The position numbers and the translations under genes were made by a program. A stretch of DNA of 64,000 nucleotides from Myxococcota bacterium (GTDB lineage: Bacteria > Myxococcota_A > SURF-8): positions 736,001-800,000 of the forward strand of contig OZ223209.1 of the NCBI GenBank assembly GCA_965140415.1. The letters run 5' to 3'. The notes below the pieces were generated by a model. It searched no databases. It worked only from the letters and a program-made list of their open reading frames with translations, and was not told the origin of the DNA. This document shows positions 9,512-19,819 of the stretch, one piece after another (the first letter of the stretch is position 1; each line of letters opens with the position of its first letter).

Positions 9512-11206
9512 TCACGCGCGCTCGGCCTGCCGGATGGCAATGACGCCGCTTGCCAAAGCCAGAACGAGTAAAATCGCTCCAATCCAAGCTTGACCAAGTA
9601 AAAGCTCGCCGACTCCGAATAGCGCCAGGAAAAGAAAGGCCGTCAAAGCCAGCCAGCCGGATAAGGCGGGTAGCCAGGCATCCGGCAAATTGCTCTCATC
9701 GCGGAAGCGCTTCCAGAATCCGAAGGGCCGTGTTTTTTGGACGAAAGCCCGTAAATGTTCTTCGGAAACGGCGGGCGTAAGGAACGTGACTACCAACGCC
9801 AACGGCAGCGAAAGCGCCAGGGTGATCAACAGTGATTCCTGTAAAGGCAATCCCACTATGCGGCAGATTGTAGCTGTGCTCATCGAAGCGGCCATGGCCG
9901 TCAATTCCGTCCAGGCATTGGGCCGCCACCAGAACCAGCGTAATAGATAAATCGGGCCGACTCCCGCGCCCATCGAAAGCAGGAAGCGAAAGATCGAAGT
10001 GACCGAATCGGCGTAGAAGGTCAATACGCCGGTCAGCATCAAAAAGGCAATCGACATCAAGCGTGAGAGCCGCAGCAGGCGACGCTCGTTGTTGCTGCGG
10101 TCGATGAAACGCCCGTAGAAATCGTTTACGAAATAGCTGGTGCCCCAGTTCAGTTGCGTGTCGATGGTCGACATGAAGGCGGCTAAGAAGGTAGCCAGCA
10201 TGAAGCCGCGCCAGCCTTCCGGAAAGACTTGCAGCATCACCGCCGTATAGGCGCGCGTGCCCTGACCGATTTCAGGCAGTAGAATCAACGACGCCAGCGC
10301 AACGAGGATCCACGGCCAGGTTCGAATGACGTAATGACTAAGCAGAAACCACACCGTCGCCCGCGCCGCCTCGCGCTCGTCGCGGCAGGCAAGTTGCCGC
10401 TGGATGATCTTTCCGCCTCCGTCGGCATTGATAAAAGCCCACCATTGCACGCCGAATAAAAGCGCAAGCATGGCGGGTAAGCTCTTCCAGCCTTCGCCAG
10501 TGCGGGGGAGATAGTTGGTCGCAGCGGGTGAAATCGTTTGCAGTTTCAGGTTCAACCCTTCCATTCCGCCGACGGCCTGCACGGCAGCGAAGGCCAATAC
10601 CAGTGCGCCTATTAGCGCTAAAAAGAATTGAATGAAATCCGTAACGACGACGCCCCAGAAACCGGAGAGCAATGAATACGCCAGCGTGACGATCAGGCAA
10701 AGCGGAATAAGGATCGCGGGATCGAGACCCAGGCTGTCGCTTAAAATCGTGGCGATGGCTTTGACGACCAGAGCCATGGCGATGCAATTGACGATGACAC
10801 TGAACACCAGCGCGCGAAAACCGCGCAGGAAGCGAGCCCCCGCGCCATCGTAGCGAAGTTCGGTAAGTTCCACGTCGGTCAATACACCCGCGCGACGCCA
10901 CAAGCGCGCCAGGAAATACACGCTGAACGCGCCGCCTATCGCGTAACACCACCACTCCCAGTTGCCGCCGATGCCACCCGAACGGGTAACGTCGGTTACG
11001 TATAACGGCGTATCGGCGCTAAACGCGCTTGCTGCCATGCTGGTGCCGGCCACCCACCAGGGCAGGCGTTTTCCCGAAAGGAAGAAATCGGTCACGCCGC
11101 CCTCGGCGCGCCGTTTCAGAAACAAGCCCAGAAGTAATAAAAACAAGAGGTATCCGCCGATGATGGCGAAGTCGAAAAACGATAGATTCATACCGATGGC
11201 GTTCAT
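9512..11206 (-). CDS. Sodium:solute symporter family protein
   Basis: DFFLSGKRLPWW, SMAASAFSADTP, LAAFMSTIDTQLNWG motifs; many TM helices. Confidence 0.93.
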   Translation of the reverse strand: MNAIGMNLSFFDFAIIGGYLLFLLLLGLFLKRRAEGGVTDFFLSGKRLPWWVAGTSMAASAFSADTPLYVTDVTRSGGIGGNWEWWCYAIGGAFSVYFLARLWRRAGVLTDVELTELRYDGAGARFLRGFRALVFSVIVNCIAMALVVKAIATILSDSLGLDPAILIPLCLIVTLAYSLLSGFWGVVVTDFIQFFLALIGALVLAFAAVQAVGGMEGLNLKLQTISPAATNYLPRTGEGWKSLPAMLALLFGVQWWAFINADGGGKIIQRQLACRDEREAARATVWFLLSHYVIRTWPWILVALASLILLPEIGQGTRAYTAVMLQVFPEGWRGFMLATFLAAFMSTIDTQLNWGTSYFVNDFYGRFIDRSNNERRLLRLSRLMSIAFLMLTGVLTFYADSVTSIFRFLLSMGAGVGPIYLLRWFWWRPNAWTELTAMAASMSTATICRIVGLPLQESLLITLALSLPLALVVTFLTPAVSEEHLRAFVQKTRPFGFWKRFRDESNLPDAWLPALSGWLALTAFLFLALFGVGELLLGQAWIGAILLVLALASGVIAIRQAERA

Positions 11207-11351
11207 CCAGGCTCCCCGTTAATCCCTGAAAACTAAAGTCTTGCAATGCGTGACTCGTAAGCCATTTTGAAACAGGCCGATTAATAATGTCAACGAAAAG
11301 AAAACTTTGTGAATGCGCAGTGCTAGCCTATCGTCATTTTTCCGCTTTCAC

Positions 11352-11380
11352 TTGCCATCGTTTACAAAACTTCTTACAAT
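11352..11380 (+). promoter_or_regulatory. sigma70-type promoter
   Basis: TTGCCA-N17-TACAAT upstream of the AAGGAG RBS and ATG 11414. Confidence 0.55.
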
Positions 11381-11413
11381 GAAGTCAATCCATTTCAACA
11401 TAAGGAGAACCTC

Positions 11414-11659
11414 ATGCTTCTTCGCCAATTCTGGAAAGCTTGTTTGCTTGTTGTTTTAGTGCTTGGATTATGTGCCTGTGGCGGTGATTGCGGAGATGGT
11501 TGCGACGACGACGACGATTGTCCAGGCGATGCCTACTGCACCAGCCGTTTTTACATTTCAGGTCAATCCGGCAAGGTCTGCGTTCCCAAAAGTTGCAAGG
11601 ACTGCGATTCTCAGTGTGTTTTCTTAAAGATCGGTTGCGAATTCATCGAATGTGATTAG
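11414..11659 (+). CDS. Small Cys-rich lipoprotein
   Basis: TAAGGAG RBS; signal ending LCA-C; CDDDDDCPGDAYC repeat; many Cys in the ~60-aa mature part. Confidence 0.8.
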   Translation: MLLRQFWKACLLVVLVLGLCACGGDCGDGCDDDDDCPGDAYCTSRFYISGQSGKVCVPKSCKDCDSQCVFLKIGCEFIECD

Positions 11660-11704
11660 CGCCGCTACGGGTGGGAATCAGAAGTATGAATCTAACGAAC
11701 TGAT

Positions 11705-12688
11705 CTATCCAACGGAAACCGTTTCTCCGCTTTTTGCCGAAAGCGCCAGGGCATCCAATACTTCCATATTGGCCACGGCGTCTTTGATCCCCCATCGCAA
11801 AGGACGCGCTCCCCGGCAGGCATCCGTAAAATCGCGCACTTCGGCAGCATAGGCGTTTTCGCCGCCCACCGTGAATACTTCGTCTTCTTCCTCGTGCTTC
11901 TGCAAGCGCAGGCTGGCTTTGGTTTCTCCCGGATGCCAGGGGCTGTCTAAAACCAGGCGTCCGAATTCACCATGAATTTCAGCGCGATGCCTCTCCGCGC
12001 TTTCGATGCTGGTGGCGAAGGTGGCGACCAGTCCATCCGGAAATTGCAGCCAGCCAGTCATCGTCGTATCCACCTGATCGATGCGCCCGCAGGCGGAAAC
12101 GCGCTGTGGTTCGCAACCGGCGATCAAACGCGAAAAATTCACGCAATAGCAACCGACATCCATAAGCGCGCCGCCGCCCAATTCCGAACTGGTTACGATG
12201 CTGTCGTCTTCGTCGAGTAAAAACGAGAACTCGCTGTGCAGGTGATTCACGCGCCCGATGATTCCTTCTGCGATCAACTCCAGCAGCTTTTCGTAGAGGC
12301 GGTGATGCCGGTACATGTAGCCTTCGGCGATCAATTTTCCCGATTTCTCCGCAGCCTGCATGATTTCTCGCGCCTGTTCGGCATTGAGCGCCAACGGCTT
12401 TTCGCACAGCACGTGCAAACCGCTTTTAAGCGCGGAGATGGCCCATTTGGCGTGCAGGCTATTGGGCAAGGGCAGATAAACGGCATCGATTGCGCCTGAA
12501 GTCAGTAAGCCTTCATAGGATCCGAAAGCCTGTTCGATTGAGAATTTCCGGGCAAAATTCGTAGCTTTATCCACGCTGCGGCTCGCGATGGCCACGCAAC
12601 GGCTGTGCGATTCGGCTTGAATCGCAGGAACCACGGCATCGCAGATCGAAGCTGTGCCTAGAATTCCCCAGCGGATGTCGTTGACCAT
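11705..12688 (-). CDS. Gfo/Idh/MocA-family NAD(P) oxidoreductase
   Basis: IRWGILGTASI, HVLCEKP, GGGALMDVGCY; GGGAGG RBS before MVNDIRWG. Confidence 0.93.
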   Translation of the reverse strand: MVNDIRWGILGTASICDAVVPAIQAESHSRCVAIASRSVDKATNFARKFSIEQAFGSYEGLLTSGAIDAVYLPLPNSLHAKWAISALKSGLHVLCEKPLALNAEQAREIMQAAEKSGKLIAEGYMYRHHRLYEKLLELIAEGIIGRVNHLHSEFSFLLDEDDSIVTSSELGGGALMDVGCYCVNFSRLIAGCEPQRVSACGRIDQVDTTMTGWLQFPDGLVATFATSIESAERHRAEIHGEFGRLVLDSPWHPGETKASLRLQKHEEEDEVFTVGGENAYAAEVRDFTDACRGARPLRWGIKDAVANMEVLDALALSAKSGETVSVG

Positions 12689-12836
12689 GAGCACCTCCCG
12701 TGTTTCTGTTCGGGTTGTATCCCTTGCGTAAACACTATCATGCATTCTTTAAAAGCGCACTCGAAATTGCCATGAGGGATGACGATGAGGGATGAGATAT
12801 CCTCTTATTTATAGAGCAGTTCCAGCGAATCGCAGA

Positions 12837-15068
12837 TTACAGTTCCCGGCTTTTTTGTTCTTCTTTCCACCAGCCGTTCCAGATCTTTTGTGCTTTGCGC
12901 CGGTCGCGTCGTCGCTTCAGATCGAAAAAGCCGCGCTTGGTTCCGGCAATCCATTCCAATTCTTGCAATGCCTGTGTCGCCAAAGCCGCATCTTTACCGC
13001 CCAATGCTTCGATGTACCATTGCTCTTCGGCAAGGTCGCGATTGCTTTCCCACCAATGGCGCCATTCGCGCCTTTTGGTTCCCAGCGGCAGACAGGAAAT
13101 CTGTTGCAGCGCGGCATGTGCCTGGGTGAGTAATTCCGGCTGTGACAGCAATTCGATCAGGCTTGGAATGCAACCGATTGCCCGCAGATTCGAAGCCATC
13201 GCAATGGCTCGCTGTACATCTTCATCCTGCTCGTGCAGATGGGAATCCACCTTGTTTACTACCGCCTCGAATTCCGGGGTGCGACGATAATAGTGCAGCA
13301 GGTGCAAGGTCAGGTTGGCTACTTGCGCTGCTGGATCGAACAGACGCTCGGCCAATTCGGGCAAGGTCTGTGGCACATATAAAAAGGCGAACGCCAGCAC
13401 TCCCAGGTAGCGACTTCTGGAATCTTCGGCGTGCAGCATATCCATTAATTTGGGCAGACTGTCGGTGCCGCGCTCCACCAATCGCAGCATGCGATTTCCG
13501 CCGGGCAGGCGGCGCGGGTCGGGAAACTGTTCCACCGGAACCGGGTTGAAGTCTTGCGGCAGTGACCCACCGACTTCACTGAAAACCGCCGCCAGCACAT
13601 CCCCATCGTCCGCCGGAACGTCGTCCTCCAAAGCAACGCTTCCCGTGGACACGACGACTTGCTCGCTACTCGGTTCTTGTGCCGAAGTGGCCTCCGCTAT
13701 CTGATCGTCTTCGGAAAGGATCGTGCTTTCAACCGGCTGCTGTTCATCCAAGTTACTTTCGGAAGCGACTTCTTCTCTTTCATTTTCCTGCAACTGGTCC
13801 TGATCGTTGCTGGCTTTCTCTTGTTCTTTTACAGCTTGAGTTTCCGATGCGGTAGCGATCTCTTCCGCTTGTGTGTCCACTGTATCTTGTGGCGATTCTT
13901 TCTGACGCGGAACGTGCAGTGCGCGCGACTGTTTGATCTGTCGCAGCATTTTCACCGGATCGGCAGCCGTGGCTTCTGGTGCAATTTCTTCAGGGGGTTC
14001 ATCCGTAGCGGTTGGTTCTGGCGGCTGCTCTTCTTGCCGTTGCTCTTCTTCCTGTTGCTCCTCGACTTCCTCCGCAAGCGGCTCCAATTCCGTCAACTCG
14101 GTTTCGCTTTCCGGTACGGAGGGTTCTTCGACTGGTTCTGGCGGCAATTCGACCGGTTCCAATTCTTCAAGATCCACCACTTCCACCGGAATCAATTCGT
14201 CATCAGTGGTCGTGCCTGCCAGCGTTTGCCCGCTCGATTGCGAGGATTCCACCACGGCGGGAATTTTATTGATTTCCTCGGCGGCGGCGGGATTGAGCAG
14301 AATATCCTCGATGTTGACGGCCTGATCGAAACCCAGTCGATCCAGTTGCCGTTGCAGTTCTTCATCACTAAGTGTGCGGGCCTGCTGCGGTTGCACCGGA
14401 GCCACACGCCTTAGAGCGGGAATCATCTTTTCGGTTCGCTGCTGGCGCGTCGCTTTGGAAAGCCGTCCCTCCGATCCGATCAACGCCGACATCCAGTTCA
14501 TGCCCATCAGGCGGGTAACTGGCCGCTTTTCTCGCTTAGCCAGACCCGGAAAGGAGCCGCCGCGTTTTTTGAAAACCAGTTGCTCGAAACGCAGACCGGC
14601 ATGGGTGACCAGTCGTGCCATCACGTTGATTTGAATGGCATTGAAAGGTCGCTGGCGGTCGGCGTAAAAAATAAACGCCGCCTGTGGCCCGACGCGAATG
14701 GGAAAGAGGCTCAACGGCAAGGGGTTTTGCAGGCGGCGACGCTGTAACAGGTCTTCATAACTGGGATCGGAAAGATGATCCAGGCTGATGGGTAGATTCT
14801 GTTCGATGGCGTGCCGCAGCGACGGCTCGTCCTGCAAATGCAGGCTGAAGCGGTCGATGTCGTAGTCCGGCAAGGGGGGGCGGCAATGATAGACCTGCCC
14901 GCTGGCGACGGAATCGCGCAAACGCAGAAAACAGCAGAAGTCCGTTACCCGGCCCAGTTCCCGGCAGATTTCCTCCATGATGCGCTTGGGGGAATCAAGC
15001 AGATCGATCCGTCGCACCAGTCCCAGTAAGGGATCGGAGGAGCGGGACTTGGCTGGCGCGGAGGTCAT
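12837..15068 (-). CDS. FrgA-like protein: GAF-like N-terminus, acidic linker, C-terminal HEAT-like repeats
   Basis: C-terminal WRHWW..WYIEALG..ALQEL..RRKAQKIWNGWW pattern resembles myxobacterial FrgA-type proteins (recalled, not searched). Confidence 0.6.
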   Translation of the reverse strand: MTSAPAKSRSSDPLLGLVRRIDLLDSPKRIMEEICRELGRVTDFCCFLRLRDSVASGQVYHCRPPLPDYDIDRFSLHLQDEPSLRHAIEQNLPISLDHLSDPSYEDLLQRRRLQNPLPLSLFPIRVGPQAAFIFYADRQRPFNAIQINVMARLVTHAGLRFEQLVFKKRGGSFPGLAKREKRPVTRLMGMNWMSALIGSEGRLSKATRQQRTEKMIPALRRVAPVQPQQARTLSDEELQRQLDRLGFDQAVNIEDILLNPAAAEEINKIPAVVESSQSSGQTLAGTTTDDELIPVEVVDLEELEPVELPPEPVEEPSVPESETELTELEPLAEEVEEQQEEEQRQEEQPPEPTATDEPPEEIAPEATAADPVKMLRQIKQSRALHVPRQKESPQDTVDTQAEEIATASETQAVKEQEKASNDQDQLQENEREEVASESNLDEQQPVESTILSEDDQIAEATSAQEPSSEQVVVSTGSVALEDDVPADDGDVLAAVFSEVGGSLPQDFNPVPVEQFPDPRRLPGGNRMLRLVERGTDSLPKLMDMLHAEDSRSRYLGVLAFAFLYVPQTLPELAERLFDPAAQVANLTLHLLHYYRRTPEFEAVVNKVDSHLHEQDEDVQRAIAMASNLRAIGCIPSLIELLSQPELLTQAHAALQQISCLPLGTKRREWRHWWESNRDLAEEQWYIEALGGKDAALATQALQELEWIAGTKRGFFDLKRRRDRRKAQKIWNGWWKEEQKSREL

Positions 15069-15071
15069 CTA

Positions 15072-16508
15072 TCAGCTTTCTTCTTTGGCGGTTGCTCGAA
15101 TCACCAGAGTTTGCGCCAGTTTATCGTGCAGGCCCTGCTTGCGGCTGTCTACCGCGATCCACAACAAACCCAGCAGAAACGGAGCGACCGACAAGGCATA
15201 GCCGAACAGGCGCACGATAGAGCGTAATCCGCTGACCCGTTCGCCATCGGTTTGAATGACGCGCAGATCCAGCAACAAATCTCCTGGTGTACGCCCGATA
15301 GTAGAGACGAAAAAGATGGATAAAAATCCGAAAAAGAAGAAATAGACTGCGGCGTAGGGTACAAGCATGATCGGATAATCCGCAGGCAAGGCAAAGAGAT
15401 AGCCCAATCCACCCTGCCGCAGATCCGGAAGCTGATCCGAACCGTACACGCCGATAGCCAGTGAAACGAATAACAGCATCAAGCTTAACGCCACTGCATG
15501 ATCGATGAAACCTGCCACAGCACGACGCAGGAAGCCTGCTGCCACGACCATAATCTCCACAATATCCTCCTGTCTGGCGTTTCCGCTTTTCGGCAGGCTC
15601 AACGGTAGCTGGGTCGGCTTCTTTGCCGACGTGTTCTTCGCGGATTTCTTGGCGGACAGCACCGCCTTGGGCTTGTCGCTCCAGGCTGGTTCCGGTTTGC
15701 TTATGCCGGCTTTCGGCTTGGTAAAGGCTTCCTCCGCTTCCGGCGTATCGGAAGAATGCATCTGCCAGTCGTCCGCTTGCTCGGCTTTTTCAGGAGCTTT
15801 CATTTTTGGCGGATCGGGCAATGGCGGCGGCGCTGGTGCAGCGGGGGGCTGTGGTGCCGATTCGGGAATCGCCGGGGCTTTTGGTTCAACTATCGGTGGT
15901 GGTGTTTCAACGTGTTGCTTTTGCGGAGCAGGCGCAGCGGGGGGCGGTTCAACCGATGGGTTTTCCTGAGCTTTTGGAGGCTCCGGAGTGGCTTCCGGCT
16001 GCTTGGCTTCTTGTTGGGCAGTGGTGAAAATCGTTTGCAGCACGCGCTTCAACTCGTCGGAATCCTCCTGCTGGGCGGGAGCTTCTTCCAAAGGACTGTG
16101 CGTCAATACGGATTTCTTGACGCTGCGCTTTTCTGCGGGTTTGGATTCTTTGGGAGCGGGGGCTTGATCGAATTGCGCTTCCCAGTCTTCCTCGACCTCC
16201 TGGCTTTTCGCAGCCGGTTCGGTTTCGGTTGTGACGGGTTCGGATAGTTTATCTAATGGATCCTGCCCCGTGGCGCGATCGAAAGAGGCGGCCCAATCGT
16301 CGTCATCCTCCGACTCGGTCGGCAGCGAACTGAGATCCGCTTCCCAGTCGTCCGCTTCCAAAGGCTGGCGGTCGAAGTAGATTTTCTTTACCGATTGCCC
16401 CGAGGGTTCCTCGACCACTTCTTCGCGCTCGCCGCGATACGGAAAGCCACAGATATCACATACCTGGGTGATCGGATCGACGTCCGCCCCGCATTTTTCG
16501 CATTTCAT
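15072..16508 (-). CDS. RDD-family membrane protein with N-terminal zinc ribbon and Pro/acidic linker
   Basis: CEKC..CDIC; AGFLRRAVAGFID, GRTPG, QGLHDKLAQTLV; ATGA overlap with the rsmE stop. Confidence 0.88.
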   Translation of the reverse strand: MKCEKCGADVDPITQVCDICGFPYRGEREEVVEEPSGQSVKKIYFDRQPLEADDWEADLSSLPTESEDDDDWAASFDRATGQDPLDKLSEPVTTETEPAAKSQEVEEDWEAQFDQAPAPKESKPAEKRSVKKSVLTHSPLEEAPAQQEDSDELKRVLQTIFTTAQQEAKQPEATPEPPKAQENPSVEPPPAAPAPQKQHVETPPPIVEPKAPAIPESAPQPPAAPAPPPLPDPPKMKAPEKAEQADDWQMHSSDTPEAEEAFTKPKAGISKPEPAWSDKPKAVLSAKKSAKNTSAKKPTQLPLSLPKSGNARQEDIVEIMVVAAGFLRRAVAGFIDHAVALSLMLLFVSLAIGVYGSDQLPDLRQGGLGYLFALPADYPIMLVPYAAVYFFFFGFLSIFFVSTIGRTPGDLLLDLRVIQTDGERVSGLRSIVRLFGYALSVAPFLLGLLWIAVDSRKQGLHDKLAQTLVIRATAKEES

Positions 16509-17266
16509 TGTTTTCCTTGCCTTCCCTTGCCGCCCATATCGCCCCACACGACCTGAATCGCGGCAAGTAACGCCATGCCTGCCGTTTCGGTGCGCAGGAT
16601 GCGCGGTCCCAATGACACCAGCCGCGCGCCTTTTCGTTGCGCAAGCTGAATTTCCTCTATGCTGAATCCGCCTTCCGGGCCGATCACGAGCGTCAGCTTC
16701 TGCGGTGGCTCGTTGTCCATCAACTCCATCAGCGGTTCGGTTCCTTCGCCTTCATAAGCCAGCCAGAGCGCTTCGGTGGGCTGTTGCTCCTCGAAAAGCT
16801 CGGCGAATGTCGTCGTTTCATGCAGGATGGGTAAGCGGATACGACGACTTTGGCGGCAGGCCTGCTCGATCACCGTTTCCCAGCGTTCGTGTTTGCCTTC
16901 GCGTTTTTCACCCTGCAAATGAACGACGCCATGCTGCGACTCGAAAGGGATGAAGCCCATCGCTCCCAGTTCGCAGCTTTTCTGCAAAATCGTTTCCATC
17001 TTGGCCTGCTTGGGCAGGCCCTGCGCCAGCCAGATTTCCAATGCCGGTGACGCTTCTTCCCGCAGCATAGTCTTTAGCTGCACCGTCGCCCGGCGCTTGT
17101 CTACCTGCACCAAAGCGGCCTGATATTCGCAGCATACGCCGTCGAATACCAGAAGCTCGTCGCCTTCACCGAGCCGGTGCACGCGCGTGAGATAACGCGC
17201 CTGTTCGGGACTCAATTCGAGCTGCTGCCCGATTTCCCGTGCCGCAGGCAGATAGATGCGCTCCAT
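16505..17266 (-). CDS. rsmE: 16S rRNA m3U1498 methyltransferase
   Basis: IGPEGGFS, SLGPRILRTETAG, EQACRQSRR motifs. Confidence 0.95.
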   Translation of the reverse strand: MERIYLPAAREIGQQLELSPEQARYLTRVHRLGEGDELLVFDGVCCEYQAALVQVDKRRATVQLKTMLREEASPALEIWLAQGLPKQAKMETILQKSCELGAMGFIPFESQHGVVHLQGEKREGKHERWETVIEQACRQSRRIRLPILHETTTFAELFEEQQPTEALWLAYEGEGTEPLMELMDNEPPQKLTLVIGPEGGFSIEEIQLAQRKGARLVSLGPRILRTETAGMALLAAIQVVWGDMGGKGRQGKQ

Positions 17267-17396
17267 ACCGTTTCCTTACAGCCAACCGCCCCGGCGGTGT
17301 GTATAGAAGCCCAATGAGAACCCATTCAGTATATCACATTCAACGACGATTTTCCACCGCTTTCCAAGTGAGTGATGGACCTAATTCGCTTGCGGC

Positions 17397-17490
17397 GTGT
17401 GGCATGGGCCAAGCGGAGAGAAACGGAGCTTGCCCATGTGGCTCTTTAACACGGGCAAGCCTGCGGCTTAGCCCGCGCCACCCTAAAATC
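17397..17490. repeat. Family B REP doublet, copy B1
   Basis: GTGGCATGGGCCAAGC..GCTTGCCCATGTG / ACACGGGCAAGCCTGCGGCTTAGCCCGCGCCACCCT; homologous to 20244 and 37967. Confidence 0.85.
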
Positions 17491-17639
17491 ATACAGGTTT
17501 GCAACTTCTTGTGATGCACCCATGGACCTCATTCACTTGCGGGCAACGGATGAAGGTGGGCACGCGTTTCCCATTGCAATTTTGACAGCCCTTGCCAAGC
17601 GCGTTACACTGCCACCATAAATATTTCTCGGAGGTGAGC

Positions 17640-18104
17640 ATGTCTACGCATCCCCCGATTCTGGCCGTGTGCGGCTATTCCGGTAGCGGAAAAACCACCT
17701 TGATCGAAGCGCTCCTGCCGCGTCTACAGGCGCGCGGCTTACAGGTGATGGTGCTGAAAGCCGATGCCCACAAGTTGAGCGTCGATAAAAAGGGTAAGGA
17801 TTCCGACCGCTTCTACGAAGCAGGCGCACAGATGGTGATTGCGCACGACGCCGAGCAGGTCTTTATCCGTTTTCGCAAACAGGATGCTCAATTTCCCGAA
17901 GAGCTGCTGGTCCATCCTCCGATTCCCTGCGATCTGATCCTGGCGGAAGGTCATAAAAGTCTGCCCTGGCCCAAGGTGTGGTTGCTGGGTGAAGGCGAAG
18001 AACAGCCCCCGGCTGGATTGCGGCAGCTTGTGGATACGCTCCCGCGCGACGCCAACCGGGTCGAGCATCTCGAAAAGCTGATCGTGCAGCGATTGGGACT
18101 TTGA
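17640..18104 (+). CDS. mobB: Molybdopterin-guanine dinucleotide biosynthesis protein B
   Basis: GYSGSGKTTL P-loop; DKKGKDSDRF; DLILAEGHK; GGAGG RBS. Confidence 0.9.
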   Translation: MSTHPPILAVCGYSGSGKTTLIEALLPRLQARGLQVMVLKADAHKLSVDKKGKDSDRFYEAGAQMVIAHDAEQVFIRFRKQDAQFPEELLVHPPIPCDLILAEGHKSLPWPKVWLLGEGEEQPPAGLRQLVDTLPRDANRVEHLEKLIVQRLGL

Positions 18105-18110
18105 AGGGGA

Positions 18111-18743
18111 GTGTTGCGGATGATGTCGGGTTTGTCTGAAGTAGAGTTTGCTGAAACGCTACGCTGCTTTATTGCGTTGGATCTTTCCGAAAGCACCTTG
18201 GCAAAGCTGGAGCGGGTGCGTGGGCATCTACAGGATTTCAAACAGCGTGAAAACGTTCCGCTCTCCATTCCGAAACTGGAGAACAGCCACATCACGCTGC
18301 AATTTCTGGGAGATACTCCCAGCCGTTTGATTGAGGAGATCGATACGAACGTTCGCATGAAATTACAGGATGTTTCCCCGTTTTCGATGCAGGTGCGCGG
18401 CGTGGGAGCGTTCCCGAATCTGCTTTCTCCGCGCGTGATCTGGGCGGGATTGCGCGTGACGGAGCCACTTGGCCGCCTTCATCGAAGGGTTACCACCGCG
18501 CTGCATGGGCTGCCAGTGAAGCGGGATCGAAAAGCCTTTGCACCTCATTTGACGCTGGCCCGCCTGCGCGATCCGCGACGGTTGAAGCGCGGCTCGCTGG
18601 CGGAGTGGCTGAAGCCTTTGCTGACCGAGGAGTTTGGTGAAACGATAGTGGATGAGGTGATTCTTTATCGATCCGAGTTGTTGCCGGAGGGCGCGCGTTA
18701 TACTGTGTTAAAACGCTGGAAATTAAGCGCGGACACGCTATAA
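18111..18743 (+). CDS. thpR: RNA 2',3'-cyclic phosphodiesterase (2H family)
   Basis: RCFIAL, HITLQFLG, PRVIWAG, PHLTLAR (two HxT motifs); start uncertain. Confidence 0.9.
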   Translation: MLRMMSGLSEVEFAETLRCFIALDLSESTLAKLERVRGHLQDFKQRENVPLSIPKLENSHITLQFLGDTPSRLIEEIDTNVRMKLQDVSPFSMQVRGVGAFPNLLSPRVIWAGLRVTEPLGRLHRRVTTALHGLPVKRDRKAFAPHLTLARLRDPRRLKRGSLAEWLKPLLTEEFGETIVDEVILYRSELLPEGARYTVLKRWKLSADTL

Positions 18744-18784
18744 TTCCAGGGTGGTTATGGCAAACGAACGGAAACGGAGAAAGT

Positions 18785-19777
18785 ATGCAAATCTCAACGA
18801 GATTTCTTCTGGTGATCGCAATAGGCGCTACGCTTTTTCTTGGCGGTTTCGCTTCCGTCGCGCAGGCCGCCGATTCGGTAAGCGGTATCTGGGGAACCAA
18901 GTACGGCGACATGCGCCTGGTGCAGAAAGGCGATCAGGTGGAAGGCACGCTGATCAACACCAGCAATTTCTGTCCTTTCAAGAATTCGGAGAAAATTTTC
19001 TCCGGGATGGTTCTGGAAGACAGCATCACCGGTTCGTTCAAAATGTGCCAGGCCGACGACGACTGCGGCCCACCGGTGTGGGCGGTGTCGCTGTTATTGA
19101 TCGCCAAAGAAGGCAGCGTGTTGACCGGAACCGCCAATTCCAAAGAGGCCATGTGTCCCTTGGTCGGCTTTTCAAAGAGTGAAGGTGGCGAGCGCGGGTT
19201 GTACTTTAAGAAGTTGCGCAACTTACCCAAGCCCAAAGCAAAACCAAAAAAGAAGACGGTTGCCAAAAACAACGATACAAAAGATAAAGCCGAGCCGTTA
19301 CCAGTGGCTCCCGCGCCGGTTATCCCCGGTCCTCCCGCCGCGCCCGGCACCTACGATCCGCGTTCGGCCATGAAGGTGACCAGTGCGCAAACCAAATTGT
19401 TACTGCGCGGTAAAAGCCTATTGGCTGCGGGTCAGTTTGAAAAGGCACGCGAACAGTTTAAAAAAGTTTTAAAGGAAGACTCCGGCAATCCCAATGCGCT
19501 GGCAGGCATCGGCGTAAGTTATTACGGTCGCCAGGATTACAAAGAGGCGTTGAAATACTACAAAAAAGCGCTCTCCGAAGATCCAAACTACAGCATGGCC
19601 TATTACAACATGGCCTGTATTTACGCGCTGCAAAAGAAACCGGACATGGCGTTGCGTTACCTGAAAATGTCGGTGTTAAACGGTTTCGAAGCCGCCAGCA
19701 CCATCGAGAACGATCCCGATTTGAGTTCCTTGCGGCAACTGCCCGAATATCAACAGATCCTTAAAGGGGACTATTAA
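18785..19777 (+). CDS. Secreted protein with C-terminal TPR repeats
   Basis: Signal peptide ending AQA; Cys-containing beta domain; K/P linker; YNMACIYAL..DPDLSSLR TPR terminus. Confidence 0.85.
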   Translation: MQISTRFLLVIAIGATLFLGGFASVAQAADSVSGIWGTKYGDMRLVQKGDQVEGTLINTSNFCPFKNSEKIFSGMVLEDSITGSFKMCQADDDCGPPVWAVSLLLIAKEGSVLTGTANSKEAMCPLVGFSKSEGGERGLYFKKLRNLPKPKAKPKKKTVAKNNDTKDKAEPLPVAPAPVIPGPPAAPGTYDPRSAMKVTSAQTKLLLRGKSLLAAGQFEKAREQFKKVLKEDSGNPNALAGIGVSYYGRQDYKEALKYYKKALSEDPNYSMAYYNMACIYALQKKPDMALRYLKMSVLNGFEAASTIENDPDLSSLRQLPEYQQILKGDY

Positions 19778-19819
19778 GCGCCGCGCTCGCATGCCGCCGC
19801 ATAATCCAGGAGAAGCATC

